Shown here piece after piece: positions 27,380-39,496 of a stretch of 64,000 bases of DNA (the stretch's first letter is position 1; each line of letters opens with the position of its first letter). The position numbers and the translations under genes were made by a program. The DNA is from Blepharisma stoltei ATCC 30299 (Eukaryota; Protista; Ciliophora), in NCBI GenBank assembly GCA_965603825.1, contig CBFDEM010000016.1, positions 62,001-126,000 of the forward strand. Reading direction: 5' to 3'. Below the pieces are notes generated by a model that saw nothing but the letters and a program-made list of their open reading frames with translations, did no database searches and was not told the origin of the DNA.

Positions 27380-27810
27380 CTTTTTGAGTCTTAAGTTTTT
27401 AAATATATCTTTATTTTCTAATAAAATTAAATTAATATGCTTTAACGTATAAAAATAAAATCTGAATTAGCAGATAGTCATAATAAATTAAATATAACTC
27501 AAGATTCTTTAGCTGAAATATTTTTACTTTTATATTTTAATCTAAACTTATTTTTGCTTCCTTCTTGAATGATTATTTGAATTGACCTACCTTTTCAGGC
27601 AGTCTTAATATACATAAGGTCTTTATATTTATATTATGATTTTAATAGGTGTTTTATATAATCAATCTCATAATCTAGCTTTTCCTCCATAAAAATTGCA
27701 TTTTATCTTGGGTTATAAATATAATTTTAAAATGAAATAATTAAGGAGAATTTAACTCAAATATCTCTTAAGTTGTAATCTTGGAATTTATATTTCAATT
27801 CCCTATAAAT

Positions 27811-28566
27811 ATGGAAGGCGGGAAAAAGCCACAAATCTACTTCTCAATCTCAGCATTCATAGTCCTCCTTTGCATTTTCCAAGAAGAATTTTTTATGCTT
27901 CCAATTGAGTCACTATTCCCAGGCCACGCAATTTATTACATCATAACCTTTGTTTTGCGGTATCCAAATTCCCACCAAATCCGGCGTATTCTTGTAACAT
28001 TTTCTTTATCATTTGGAGAAGTCATATTAACGAGCCTGATATTTGGGGCAGATCTTCATAGATCTTTTACAATTCTTATTACAGAATTTGTAGTAATTTA
28101 TATTGCACACACTCTCTTGAGCCCTAGAGAAATTTATGAGTCCTTTAAAAATAAAGCTTTTCGTACAGTGGTTTTTAATTTAGAAGCTATTTGGAGAGCA
28201 ATTTTACTAGTATCTGCTATGCATTCAGTTATTACAATTCATAAGCTGTCACAATATTCAATTGTGCTAGGAGTTTTAATTGGAGTAATGAAGATGGCAA
28301 CAGCTGCTATTGTCCATGTAATTGATGGATTTTTGTGTGTGGATGTCCCTGTAAGAGAAATTGAAGTCTCAGGAGTAGGGATTTATTTCAGAAACGGAAT
28401 CATTGTGTCAACTTTAAGCTTGATTTTGCTGTCGATATCAGAGACTGGAACATCTTATGACATTTTGTATGAAACCACCCCAGATTATGCGAAACTTATA
28501 ACAAGCATATACTTTATGCTTTGGTACACTCATGACAGCATTGAGTATGGATCATTTTTCAAGTAA
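27811..28566 (+). CDS. Polytopic membrane protein, tentatively TRIC/TMEM38-like
   Basis: About 7 hydrophobic helices; SFGEVILTSLIFG, LEAIWRA and IGVMK resemble the TRIC pattern. Confidence 0.5.
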   Translation: MEGGKKPQIYFSISAFIVLLCIFQEEFFMLPIESLFPGHAIYYIITFVLRYPNSHQIRRILVTFSLSFGEVILTSLIFGADLHRSFTILITEFVVIYIAHTLLSPREIYESFKNKAFRTVVFNLEAIWRAILLVSAMHSVITIHKLSQYSIVLGVLIGVMKMATAAIVHVIDGFLCVDVPVREIEVSGVGIYFRNGIIVSTLSLILLSISETGTSYDILYETTPDYAKLITSIYFMLWYTHDSIEYGSFFK

Positions 28567-28687
28567 AAATATTTTAATTAAAATTTTCATATATTTTACG
28601 ATATTTTTGCCTACTTTTGTCTTAAAAAACACATAATTCCTTTAGCTTAAGCTAATATTTCAATCAAAACATATTGAAAATAATAAA

Positions 28688-28978
28688 ATGAAAAAGAACG
28701 ATCCCGTTCGCAGGAAAAACTACGTAAAATTTTTGATCAGAGAAGAAGAAAAAGCTAACAAAATTAAAGAAAAAACAAAAGAAAAGAGAGATTTAAAAGA
28801 AGCGATATCAGGGATTGCTAATAGTCTCAATCTAGAAGACAGCATTGAGATAAACATGGACGGGCCAAAGAAAATCATATCAAGGCGATCCCATGAGGTA
28901 ACAATGAAGAAAAAGATCAGAAAATGGAAAAAAGAGCCACTGCCAGCTGATGCTATGGACGAATATACAGAATTCTAA
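28688..28978 (+). CDS. Small basic hypothetical protein
   Basis: 96-aa Lys-rich ORF from ATG to TAA between AT-rich spacers. Confidence 0.65.
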   Translation: MKKNDPVRRKNYVKFLIREEEKANKIKEKTKEKRDLKEAISGIANSLNLEDSIEINMDGPKKIISRRSHEVTMKKKIRKWKKEPLPADAMDEYTEF

Positions 28979-29104
28979 CCATAATCCTTTTTCTTTAAAA
29001 ATTGCTATTAAACTCATAATATTTATTTTAATCTTTCTCTATCGTCTATGCCACATATATATGAAATCCTCTTATTTACTTTAATCTATTCCTTAATAAA
29101 TTTA

Positions 29105-30451
29105 ATGTTAGCAAACAAAATCCATCGTGGCGATTATTTCATCAGTAAAGAAGTATCATCTCTTGTAGATATCAGCGCAGAAGTCGTATCAGCGAATTTT
29201 TCATTATACCCAAGCTTGCCTGGGCTAAAAAGTTATAAATTAGTCGAAAAAATAATAGATAAAGTTTCAGTTACCCTCCCACTGCAAATTACAGCTCCAA
29301 ACATCAGCATTGAAAGCTACTGAAAGCGGGCTTGTGAGTCCAAGTGGAAAAACATCCGCCACAATGAGCATGGGTGGTCGTGGAAACAGACCTACATAGA
29401 AACCTATCTGCAAGAAATCCTATGCAAGCACCCTGGAGATGACTTAGAAGAGCTTGCAAGCCTTATTATGGCTACCAGGAACTTTATTTTTTATATTGAT
29501 ATTGAAGAGCTCCCATCACATTTAGACTTAAGAATTTTATTCAAAAATGTCCCATGCATCACCAAATTCAGGGTTTCATATGGCGCAAAACATTTGGGGT
29601 CTGAATATGACCGGTCTTTATTTGGGATGAGAATGAATGATGCCGCAAGTATCACGAAATGCATAAAAAGCTCCCAGTGTTTGGTCTCCCTCTCGCTGCC
29701 TTGCAATTTGATTGATGATGAGCTAGTTAGAATGCTTACAAAAGGATTTTTATATAATAAAACCATTGTAGAGCTTGATTTATCCCATAATAGAATTGGT
29801 GACCATGGCGCAAGAAGGATCGCTAAATATTTATTCCATTCAGATGTCCTGTTGTCGCTTAATTTAAGTGACAATCAAATACAGTATGAAGGATCCAGAT
29901 GCATAGGCCAAGCTCTGAGAAATAATAGATCGTTACAGATTTTGAATTTAAAGCATAATAGACTTGATGATAGGTCTGGGGCTAAACTTTGTAGTGATTT
30001 ACAACAAAATGGGGTGGTCAGGTCATTAAATTTAAGCTCAAATTCTTTGTCAACGCTATTTTGTGAAAAATTATGTGACTTATTGGCAAATAATGACTCT
30101 TTGCTTGAGCTTGATATAAGCTGCAATTTATTAGTAGACAATGAAGCTGAAGATGCTATAAGGGATGAAATGCTGAGCGCTGTAGAAAAATTAAAAGGAG
30201 TGCTTTCACTTGGCTGCTCATTACTGATGATTGATATCAGAAATAATGGCTTAACTCGAAGAATGGAAAAAGATATAACAGAGATTGTGGTTAAGCATGA
30301 TTTAGACTTAAAAGATATACCACTTTATAGGGTCCAAACACCAGCTTCTAGGTCTTCAGCATCCAGACATTCGCAGCACAGACTGCCAAGTGGAAATTCT
30401 CTTAAAGTGCAAACCCCTATCAGAACTCCTAAGACTCCTTATCGTACTTAA
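29105..30451 (+). CDS. DRC5: Dynein regulatory complex subunit 5 (TCTE1/DRC5)-like LRR protein
   Basis: ESY(TGA)KRAC...HGWSWKQTYIE.YLQ, YG.K..G.EY..SLFGM, followed by RNI-like LRRs. Confidence 0.82.
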
Positions 30452-30561
30452 TTGTCTAACATTTATTATCTAAAATAATAAATCTCAAAATTTAAATCAA
30501 TTACCTATAAAAATTGAAAATTAAGTAATTAAATTGGTTTCCTTTTCCATAGCACAGCTTA

Positions 30562-31377
30562 TTATACCATTTTTAAGTCTTTTCTTGCTTCACTATCTGC
30601 GCTTGATATCCTGCTTTCTGAAATCTCAGAAAATTCATTCTCAATTCCTTCAGGCTTGTCAGTTTCCATCCTCAATAATATTTTAAGTCTCCCAATCTTG
30701 GTATTCTGAGGCTGCAGCTCATAAGGTAAAGAATTTCTTTCTACCAATGGCGGCTCCTCAAAGTCAATTATTCTCTTAGCCCAGTTTTTTCACGTCTCAT
30801 TAGGATCTGATACAGGGTCAATAAATACTGGCTCTTTCTTAGGTGGAGGCACTGTAAAAGGTGGAGCGACCTCTGGCGGGATATTGCAGGTTAATGATAC
30901 CATAAGTCCTGAATAGTCTACCCAAAGGGTCTGCAGCTCTTCTTTAAGCTGCTGGAAATCCTCAGCTGTTTTATTACACCTTATTCCTTTGGAGTAAAGA
31001 AAATAAGCAGCATTATATCTGCCATATAAAACGGCAAAATCTAGGGCATTAAGTCCATGAGGGTCAGTTTGTGTAGGATCAGTTCCATATTCAAGCAGAA
31101 ATTTGAGAGAATCTAAGTGCCCTTTGGTAGCTGCCCACATTAAGGCTGAAATTTTGGTAGATGTGGTGCTATTTAAGTCTACACCTAGAGATACTAATTC
31201 TGCTAATATGTGAGGTCTATTTAGATACGCAGCTCTTGTAACTGCATTTGTTTTGCCATCATCAGAAATTGGCTCGTTTAAGAGAAATGGATACTTTTGA
31301 ACTAAGTCTCGAACTGCTAAAGGATCATTTGCACTTATAGCGACCCAAAGATTATGTTTGGCTTGGGTATTTCCCAT
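30562..31377 (-). CDS. Ankyrin-repeat protein with predicted N-myristoylation
   Basis: MGNTQA start; SALMWAATKGHLD and ALDFAV ankyrin repeats; joined through TGA 30790-30792. Confidence 0.85.
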
Positions 31378-31435
31378 AATTAAATATTAACTGTATTTAA
31401 TAAACAGAAACGAAAGCAATGCTACTTAATTAGAG

Positions 31436-31688
31436 CTAATCGTCTAAGGCTATAAGATTGTCAATATCGCTTATATGGTTCTTTAATTCTCTCCATTGTT
31501 CTACTGTTAAAGCAATTCCTTTTCTCCCGGGCTTTAGATCTCCGTCTTTGTAATAATACTCTCTGATGTCTATCAGCTTCTTTCCTTTAAATTTAGACAC
31601 TGAAACATATTTTTCTTTGCCAAGCTAACTTGTATCTTACCAATATTTTCCTTTCTTCTTCACTCTGATCACTTGCTTGGTCTGACAT
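31436..31688 (-). CDS. SUB1: Transcriptional coactivator PC4/Sub1 ssDNA-binding protein (absent from the ORF track)
   Basis: [24 protein letters not shown]...[14 protein letters not shown] after removing a 16-nt intron. Ends TAG. Confidence 0.92.
31625..31640 (-). other. 16-nt intron gtaagatacaagttag
   Basis: Removal puts ATG 31688 in frame with the PC4 domain. Confidence 0.88.
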
Positions 31689-31957
31689 TTTATTATTATA
31701 GATTATCCTTATTTACTAAATGATATAATTTGGGAGTATTTGGGGTTATCTTTGTCACTAAATTATTTGGGATATAGAAACTTAAAATTTTTATTTTTGT
31801 GAATACCGATTGAAAATTTTCAAAAATATTTAGGATTTAAGTTTTTACTTTATAAAAGCTCTTTTTCTGCCAATTAAAAGAGAATCTTACATAAAATCTA
31901 TTATAGCCCATTTCTATCTAAAAATTTCGTTACACACCATGGAAATAAAAAATAGAT

Positions 31958-34039
31958 ATGGGGTTTGATGACTATACAGTCCAGCCTGGCGATACTTTTA
32001 TTAGTATCGCAATGAGGTTTGATATGTCTGTCTATTATCTTCTTCGAATAAACCGCCTCTCTGAAGTTTCAGAAATTTTCCCAGACATGATTTTAAAAGT
32101 GAAACACAAAGAATTTAGCTCTGAGTCAAAACAAAATTCTTCTGATAACATAAAAATACGTAACCTTACGCCTACAACCATAAAAGAGCCAAATCTAGGG
32201 ACTGGAAATCAAAAAAAAATCCCCCAGCATGATTATGACAATATTTTTACTACTGATGTCTTATACTGCACTTTTGAAGGAGAAATCAAAGGGCAGCTTT
32301 GTATATTTAATAATAGGCTTGCGTTTAACCCTATTTTAGTTGATAATCTGCACTGTGAAATCGTTCAGAATAAAACTAAAAAATTGATACTTGCTGCGCA
32401 TGCTCAGACTTTTATATGCTTTTGGGATATTTTCAACGCAATACAATACGAGCTTCCTCCAATAGAAGAAGATCAGCCTCCAATGCATTTTATACAGTTT
32501 TTCCTGTCAAAAATAGGAAAAGATACAAATGTTGCCAATAAGAAAAATGCTCCTAAATGATGTGTGAATTTTCAGCTTTTGCCAATTAAAAAGAATTATG
32601 CAGAATTGAAAGGAAAAGCACTAAGGATAATTAGTTACGTTACTGCATATGCTCACAACCCTAATAAGAGCATAGAAGAGAATTATCAAACTTTTGTACC
32701 GTATTATGAAATTAATGAAGATTCTGAAGAAAATCTGGAACTTAAAGTAAATGAGCCAAATAAAGAAAGCAAGGGCAGTAATGAAAATAAAGATATTGCA
32801 GAGCAAAATACTAAGCGAGCAGAGTCACCAAATAAAATTGCGCCATCAGAGGAACAAAAAACGCAAACTAAAACTGAAAACGATATAGAAGTAGAAAATG
32901 ATCCAAAAACTAATAAGGACAAAATTTCAGAAAAAAATATAAATAATTCAATACAACAGATAGAAGAGGAGAGCAAGGTGTGAAATCGTGTAAAAATCTG
33001 TAAGCCAAAACAAAGAAGCAAAATAGAAGAAGAAAGTGAAAAATCAGAGCAGGGTACTAAAAATAGCGCATTAATCCCAATATCTAAGGAAGAAGGAAAT
33101 AACTGCAATTCTGATAAAGCAACCAAAAATAATGTGAATCAGCCTATTAAAGCTATATATAGTGATATCAAGAAAAGCTTTACAGAATCTGAGCTAAATC
33201 AGCTGGCTTCATCATCATATAAAAGTGAAACCAGCTTAACTGAGGAAGAGCCAATCAAATCACAAATGTCAATTGATTCCTTCAAAGACGAAATCCCCAA
33301 CTCCGATCATGATGAAATCGTCATGCCATGGTCGACCCCTCACAAAAATAGCCTCGATGTTTTGCTCACAAGCTTTAATTCAGAAAAAATCCGGATCAAG
33401 CACACTCCAAGAAAAAGCTCACTTGACTCAGGCCCGAAAAAAATAAAATCTGAGGCTAGCTTTGAAGATATACCTATTGAAGATGAGCCAGAAGAGCCTC
33501 TTCTTATTCCTCTTCCTGACCTTTCTGAGCCTTCTACAATTTTATCTGAAAATATGATAAAACAAATAGTCATAAATTTACCAATGATGTACCAAATCCG
33601 ATCGTGAAAATTAGCATACTCCCCTAAGCTTCATGGTACATCTTTAGCAGCATTTTATAGAAATTTATCAAAAGTCGGGTCATCAATAATTGTCGTTTTA
33701 ACCCAACATATGCAAATATTTGGAGGTTTAGCGTCAGATACGTGGGCTCCATCCCATCAATTTTATGGAAATGGGGATTGCTTTTTATTTACATTTCATA
33801 ATACTAAAAAAATCAAGTGTTTTTTCCCTACATTGGAAAATGAATATTTCATGGCTTCCAGCTTTGAAGGAATTTCTATGGGATCAGGGTAATTTCTATT
33901 TAGTGGGAAATCTGGGTTTTATATATATGGAGACCTTATGAAAGGTTCAAGCGGTGTAAGTAAGACATACAATAATGAGGTCTTAAGCAAATTTGAGTTC
34001 TTTAATATATTGAAGCTAGAAGTTTGGGCTTTAGTTTAA
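31958..34039 (+). CDS. OXR1/NCOA7-like LysM - GRAM-like - TLDc protein
   Basis: YTVQPGDT LysM; S(TGA)KLAYS...HGTSL; FYGNGDCFLF; LEVW. 3 in-frame TGA and one 15-nt intron. Confidence 0.88.
33889..33903 (+). other. 15-nt intron gtaatttctatttag
   Basis: Removes TAA and restores the TLDc MGSGGKSG...LEVW end. Confidence 0.9.
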
Positions 34040-34079
34040 TGTAAGAAAAATTAATAAATTTTTGTAAACTATTATCGTT

Positions 34080-34649
34080 ATGGCTGAGTATATTGACAGC
34101 AATTTAATACGGCTCAGGAACTGGGAACGATCTTTAGTGAAACACAGAAAAATGCTAAACGAGATTGTAACAACGCACAGCAACCGAATCGATAATAAAG
34201 TTTCAGATATCCATTATTCAGCTCCTTGTAAAAACAAAACTCCTAACGTCAAGGACAAAACGTTTTTTGCTAAGCACGTCAGGAACGAAAATATAAAATT
34301 GGCTTGTAAATTGGTAGAAATCCAAGCAGGATATGATAATCATCCTATTAATCCAGAAAGAAAACCGTTGCCTTTAATAAGTGATAAAGTAAATAACCCC
34401 TATAGACACAATGAAAAAAGGCGGATTAAAAAAGAAAACACAAGACTTGCAAGGAGATTGATTAATATTAGATCGACTTTTTCATTAGAAAGATGAAAAA
34501 ATGATTATGATGATACAAGAAAATATAAAGAAATAAGATCTCACCCACATTTAGAAAGAAATAAATCAGCAAATCCGATGTCAGAATGTGGGTCGCCGTC
34601 TGAGAAAAAGAGAAAAAACCATCTTTCTTCGTCATTTTTGTGCGCTTAG
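34080..34649 (+). CDS. CFAP97/Hemingway-like protein
   Basis: RNENIKLACKLVEI and RRIKKENTRLARRL repeats; LER(TGA)KNDY. Ends TAG. Confidence 0.65.
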
Positions 34650-35230
34650 AATGAATAAAAGTGGAAGCTGAATAATTATGATGGGCTGGTGAATTAAATT
34701 AATTAACTTGAATAATAAGGTACATATTTTATAATGAAATAAGGAAAAATTTGCTATGAACAATTTTAGGTAAATCAGAATTTTTTCGATTTGTAGGCCG
34801 TAAATGCATTATTATCCAAAAAACTGAAGAATTTGTATAAGCTTTTAGCTAGGATTTTTCTAGCAAATTAACTTTAATTTTGATCATAGCTGGTATTCAT
34901 TTAAGTCAGTCCAAATAAAATGGCCGATTAATGGATGACTAATAGCCCACCAGGGCTTAATTTAAATCTCCAAACCTATCAAGATCTAAAACCCCTTCTC
35001 TTCTAAATCTTCTAATTTTCATTTCTACACCCTTCCCTACTCTCCTTACATCTCTTTAATTTTCCTAGCAAAACACGTGTCTATCAGATCCCTATTCTAT
35101 TCTTCCTCAAGTTTTTCCAATCAATAAAAATATTCATCAATAGTAGCTTTTTCAGCTTTAAAATATTAATTAAATTTTCACGTTATGATCCTTCCAAATA
35201 TTCTGTTAATGGCCATTGCATCTAATATAT

Positions 35231-35809
35231 ATGAAAATGTCTGGTCCAAATATGCCAAGTTCTTTTCAAAATTTATGTACACATCCAGGAGAAGACTCAT
35301 CGTTATGTCTTCCCCAATTTAATCAATTTCTTACACAAGCGTACAATGGGAATACCGAAAACGCCAATGTTTCTAACATAGAAGTTCCGAATGAGGGAAA
35401 CCCACTCCCTGACTTTTTCGGGTTCTATGAAAGTATATTAAGAATGTCAGTAGAATCATGTCTAATGGCTCCAAATCCTGAGTTCTGGATGCCTTTTCAA
35501 GATCCGGAGAGTTTTTTTCCGGCTACTGAATCACTTCAACTCCCTGTTGAAATGGAAGAGAATCTAAAACCAACACAATTTGTAGAGGAACAGAAGAAAA
35601 TTGGCTTGATCACAGCTGAAGAAAGGAAACTCAAGGTCCAAAGGTATTTGGAAAAAAGAAAGAAAAGGACGTTTAAAAAAATCGTGACTTATGAGTGCAG
35701 AAAAAGAGTGGCGGATTCAAGAATTCGGGTGAAAGGTCGATTTATTACAAAAGAGCAAGCAGAAATGTTAAAAAGTCTTGATGTGGAGAAGGCTTTGAAA
35801 ACTGAATAA
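35231..35809 (+). CDS. CCT-domain protein
   Basis: RKLKVQRYLEKRKKRTFKKIVTYECRKRVADSRIRVKGRF. Confidence 0.88.
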   Translation: MKMSGPNMPSSFQNLCTHPGEDSSLCLPQFNQFLTQAYNGNTENANVSNIEVPNEGNPLPDFFGFYESILRMSVESCLMAPNPEFWMPFQDPESFFPATESLQLPVEMEENLKPTQFVEEQKKIGLITAEERKLKVQRYLEKRKKRTFKKIVTYECRKRVADSRIRVKGRFITKEQAEMLKSLDVEKALKTE

Positions 35810-35837
35810 AATAATTATATAGCTTGTTTATCATAAA

Positions 35838-36689
35838 TTACAGTTTAATTGTAGAGGAGTATGGCGTGCCAGTTGAAACTTCTTCTGGAAGCTCTTCGAC
35901 CCATTGGAGAAGCCCATCAACTTGAGATTTGAGGTCGTCTTCAATTTCTGGGGATATTCCAAAGTGAGGATGGACTGAGCTGAATCGAGAAATTTCGGCT
36001 GCTGGAGGAAGAATTGAGCTGAATTGAGAAATCACGTCTGTTGGTGGCGTTATTTCAGTTTTATAAACAGGTTTTTTTTCTTGAATTTTTATTTCTTCAA
36101 TACGTGGCTGAATCGGTGGCAAATATTCTGGAACTTTTGCTCCAAAATAGTCTTCTTTTATAGTTTTCAAGTTTTTTTCTTGTGTCCTATTCTCTATAGG
36201 GGGTAAACTAAAAGGACTTTCTCTGCTTTCTTTACTCCTTGTATCTGTTGTAGCTGTAGTGTCTAAATCTGGCTTATTTATAGGGGGGAATTTTATTTCT
36301 TTATCTAGTCCGTATAGCGCTCTCATGTTCTGAACTCGTTGTTTATGAATATTTTGTGGCTTTCTTTTTCTGTTAATATTGCTAGGAATTGGTGGTTTTT
36401 TCGGAATTTCGCTTGTTTCACTTTTTGCAAGCAAGAATTCAACTTTTTTTCAGCGCTCATAATAAGTGTCAACGTTAAATCTTGGAAATGGTCTTTGAAC
36501 ATCTGATGAGAAACTCCGAGATGAAGACCGTGATTCTTTATAACTATTTGTTAATACTAAATTCTGGTTGTGAAGAGATAAGGTTTCGTTATTTAGCCGT
36601 GCAGGCTGGTTTGTTGGGGCTTCATAGATGTCGTTTTTAAGCTTGAGCACTTGGGCAAGCTTATATTCTTGCCATGGTCCAATGTACAT
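35838..36689 (-). CDS. Hypothetical protein (MYIGPWQEY N-terminus, repeated LPPI motifs)
   Basis: Two ORFs in frame across TGA 36450-36452. Ends TAA. Confidence 0.75.
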
Positions 36690-36900
36690 TTTTAACTAGA
36701 AATCCTTATCAATAAATATTTACAATTTATAATTAAATTATCATAGGCTGCAATTTGTAATAAATAAACAAGATCCAAAATAATGCTTAAAGTATTCTTA
36801 GAATTATATTTTGGAAATCAAAAGAAGAAAAATTATATAAATTATTAAATTTTAAAAATAAGTAACTAATAATCTTAATAGATTAAAACTTTGAATTAAA

Positions 36901-38280
36901 ATGTTAGAAGATGACGTCGAAGACAAAAGTGCCCAAATAGATTTTTACATGAAAAATTGCGCAGACTATCAGAGAAACTTTGATACTGCTAAAGCAGCAA
37001 GTGAAATTTTAAGAAAACAACTTTCTCAGACTATCGAAGATTGCGAAAATAAAATGGCTAAAATGGCTGAAGAAGCTGAAAAGGTAAAAGAGAAATCAAT
37101 AGAATCACAATTTACTTTCGAAGAAATTGTCAAATCTCTTCAAAATCAAATAAATGTTATGTCAAAGAAAGTTGAAGGTTGCTCATCTGATAATGAAAGA
37201 ATAAAAACTGATAACGAAAGAATTAAAACTGTTAATGAAAGAATTATAACTGACAACGAAAGGTTTAAAGCTGATAACGAAAGATTTAAAACTGATCTTC
37301 AAAACGTGAAACTCGAAAACGCAGCATTAAAAGTTGATGTAGCAAATCTGAACCTCGAAAACCAAAGCCTGAAGCTCGAAAACGCAGCATTAAAAGACGA
37401 TGTGCAAAGCCTGAAGCTCGAAAACACAACATTAAAAGACGGTCTAAAAAGCCTGACACTCAAAAACGAATTATTAAAAGACGATGTGCAAACCCTGAAG
37501 CTCGAAAACATAGAATTTAAAGACAATATAAAAAGCCTTGAGCTCGAAGACGAAAACCTGAAGCTTGAAGAAGAAAACCTGATGCTCGAAAACGAGGTTT
37601 TAAAAGATGAATTAAAAAACCTGAAGCTCGATGTTCAATACCTAACGCTAGATAATGAAAGTTTGAAAGCCCAAGATGAAACCCAGAAGCTTAAAAAAAA
37701 TAAGCTCAAGAAAAGGGTTAAGTTTCTTGAGGGAGAAAATAAAAAGCTTCAACAAAAGCTAAATATTATGGAAGAAGAAAAAATAGTGCTTGAAGCGGAA
37801 GTCTTAGGTTTGAAAAAGGGATCCTCGATATTAGAGAAAAGAGTGGATTGTGTGCAAAAGGAATATTTCATATCATTGTTTAATTCAACAGTAAGAGAAG
37901 TGTTTAGGGAGATGAGAGACAAGATCTGCTACGAATTCAAATCAAAAGAATTTAAGAGAATCATAGATAATGCTGAATTTGATCGACGCGCCCAATCAAA
38001 AATTGAAAAAATATCAGGACTAACCTATAATGGCATCAAGTATCTTATAGAAAGGTATTGGGAAAGTAATGATTTTATTCATGATGATTTTGTGATGGAC
38101 AATTCTTCAATGGTGGAAGTTCAAGAAAATCGCATCTTAAATGATGCAATAGGCATTAATGCTAGCACTCTTGGTAGTTTAATTAGATGGACTGAAAGAT
38201 ATCCCTGTAGAAAGGCAAAGCCATTCTGCCTAAATTGCTACAGAATTGGCCATTATAAAGCATTTTGCGACCTTAACTAA
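36901..38280 (+). CDS. Tandem-repeat coiled-coil protein with C-terminal CCHC zinc knuckle
   Basis: 459-aa ORF; heptad repeats DNERIKT and LKLEN; terminal CLNCYRIGHYKAFC. Confidence 0.8.
   Translation: MLEDDVEDKSAQIDFYMKNCADYQRNFDTAKAASEILRKQLSQTIEDCENKMAKMAEEAEKVKEKSIESQFTFEEIVKSLQNQINVMSKKVEGCSSDNERIKTDNERIKTVNERIITDNERFKADNERFKTDLQNVKLENAALKVDVANLNLENQSLKLENAALKDDVQSLKLENTTLKDGLKSLTLKNELLKDDVQTLKLENIEFKDNIKSLELEDENLKLEEENLMLENEVLKDELKNLKLDVQYLTLDNESLKAQDETQKLKKNKLKKRVKFLEGENKKLQQKLNIMEEEKIVLEAEVLGLKKGSSILEKRVDCVQKEYFISLFNSTVREVFREMRDKICYEFKSKEFKRIIDNAEFDRRAQSKIEKISGLTYNGIKYLIERYWESNDFIHDDFVMDNSSMVEVQENRILNDAIGINASTLGSLIRWTERYPCRKAKPFCLNCYRIGHYKAFCDLN
37189..37293 (+). repeat. 5 x 21-bp coding tandem repeat (gataacgaaagaattaaaact consensus)
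   Basis: Directly visible units encoding DNER(I/F)(K/I)(T/A). Confidence 0.9.
37306..37632 (+). repeat. Degenerate 21/42-bp coding repeats (cctgaagctcgaaaac core)
   Basis: Repeated agcctgaagctcgaaaac and attaaaagacgatgtgcaa blocks. Confidence 0.8.
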
Positions 38281-38376
38281 TGATTTTTGAAATTGAATAT
38301 GATTTTTTACTCATGTTTCGATAATCATTTAATCTGTATTAATTATTAACAGCTTTAATATATTCGACACATTTAA

Positions 38377-39477
38377 ATGGGATGCTGCTTTTCGTCAGAT
38401 CAAGAAGATCGCTCAAAAAAACCATTAGTAAAAGGCGACCCAAGTAGCATAATGACTCAATATTCTTCTACCTCACAGCTAACCCCTGACGACTTTAAAG
38501 CCGTTAAAGTCCTAGGCAAAGGATCATTCGGCAAAGTTCTCCTCGTAATAAAAAAAGGCACAGAAAACTATTACGCAATGAAAATCTTAAAGAAAAAAGC
38601 TATAGAAGCCCGGAAGCAGCGCACACATACATTAAATGAGAAAAGGATAATGCAAAAATCAAATTGCCCTTTTATTGTCCAATTGAAATATTCATTTCAA
38701 ACAAAAGATAAGCTATATATGGTCATGGAATTTATGAAAGGTGGAGAACTTTTCTTTCATCTGAAAAAAAGTGGGAAATTTACTGAGGAAAGGGCAAGGT
38801 TTTATGCAGCAGAAATTTTATTGGCATTCGAGTATTTGCATAATATTGGAGTTATTTATCGAGATTTAAAGCCAGAAAATATACTAATTGATGACGATGG
38901 CCACATAAAAATCACTGATTTTGGGCTGAGTAAGCTTGGAATCTCAGAGTCAAACCCTAAAGCATTCACATTTTGTGGGACACCAGAATATCTAGCTCCT
39001 GAAATCCTCAAAAACCAAGGCCACGACAAAAAGGTTGATTTCTGAAGCTTAGGCGCTGTTTTATATGAAATGATTTCAGGAGCTCCACCTTTTTATTCAA
39101 AAAACCGCAACGAAATGTATAAAAACGTGCTAAATAAGCCAGTAGAAATGAAGCCAAATTTTTCGAATGAGCTCAGCGATTTTTTAACGAAACTTTTACA
39201 AATTATTCCAGAAAAAAGGCTTTCTGATATGGCAGAAATCAAAAAACATCAGTTTTTTCATGGGCTGGACTGGGAAGCATTATCGAAAAAGCGAATAGAG
39301 CCTCCATTTAAGCCAAGAATTTCAAGCAGCACAGATTTGAGGAATTTTGATCCACAGTTTACGACAGAGCCTATAGTAGAATCTTGTGATTCCACAGTAT
39401 CTCAAGATGGGCTTATAAATCCATACCCAGATTTCACCTATATAGGGCACGATGATATTTTAAGCACTGAAGAATAA
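38377..39477 (+). CDS. AGC kinase (S6K/SGK/Akt-like), predicted acylated N-terminus
   Basis: MGCC; LGKGSFGKV, YRDLKPEN, TFCGTPEYLAPE, KVDF(TGA)SLG, NFDPQFT, YPDFTY hydrophobic motif. Confidence 0.92.
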
Positions 39478-39496
39478 TTAATTAAATATTTATAAA

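Noticed and set aside
37189-37632. Tandem repeats as a CRISPR-like array or satellite
   Set aside because: No unique spacers; units are multiples of 21 bp and in frame within a coiled-coil CDS.
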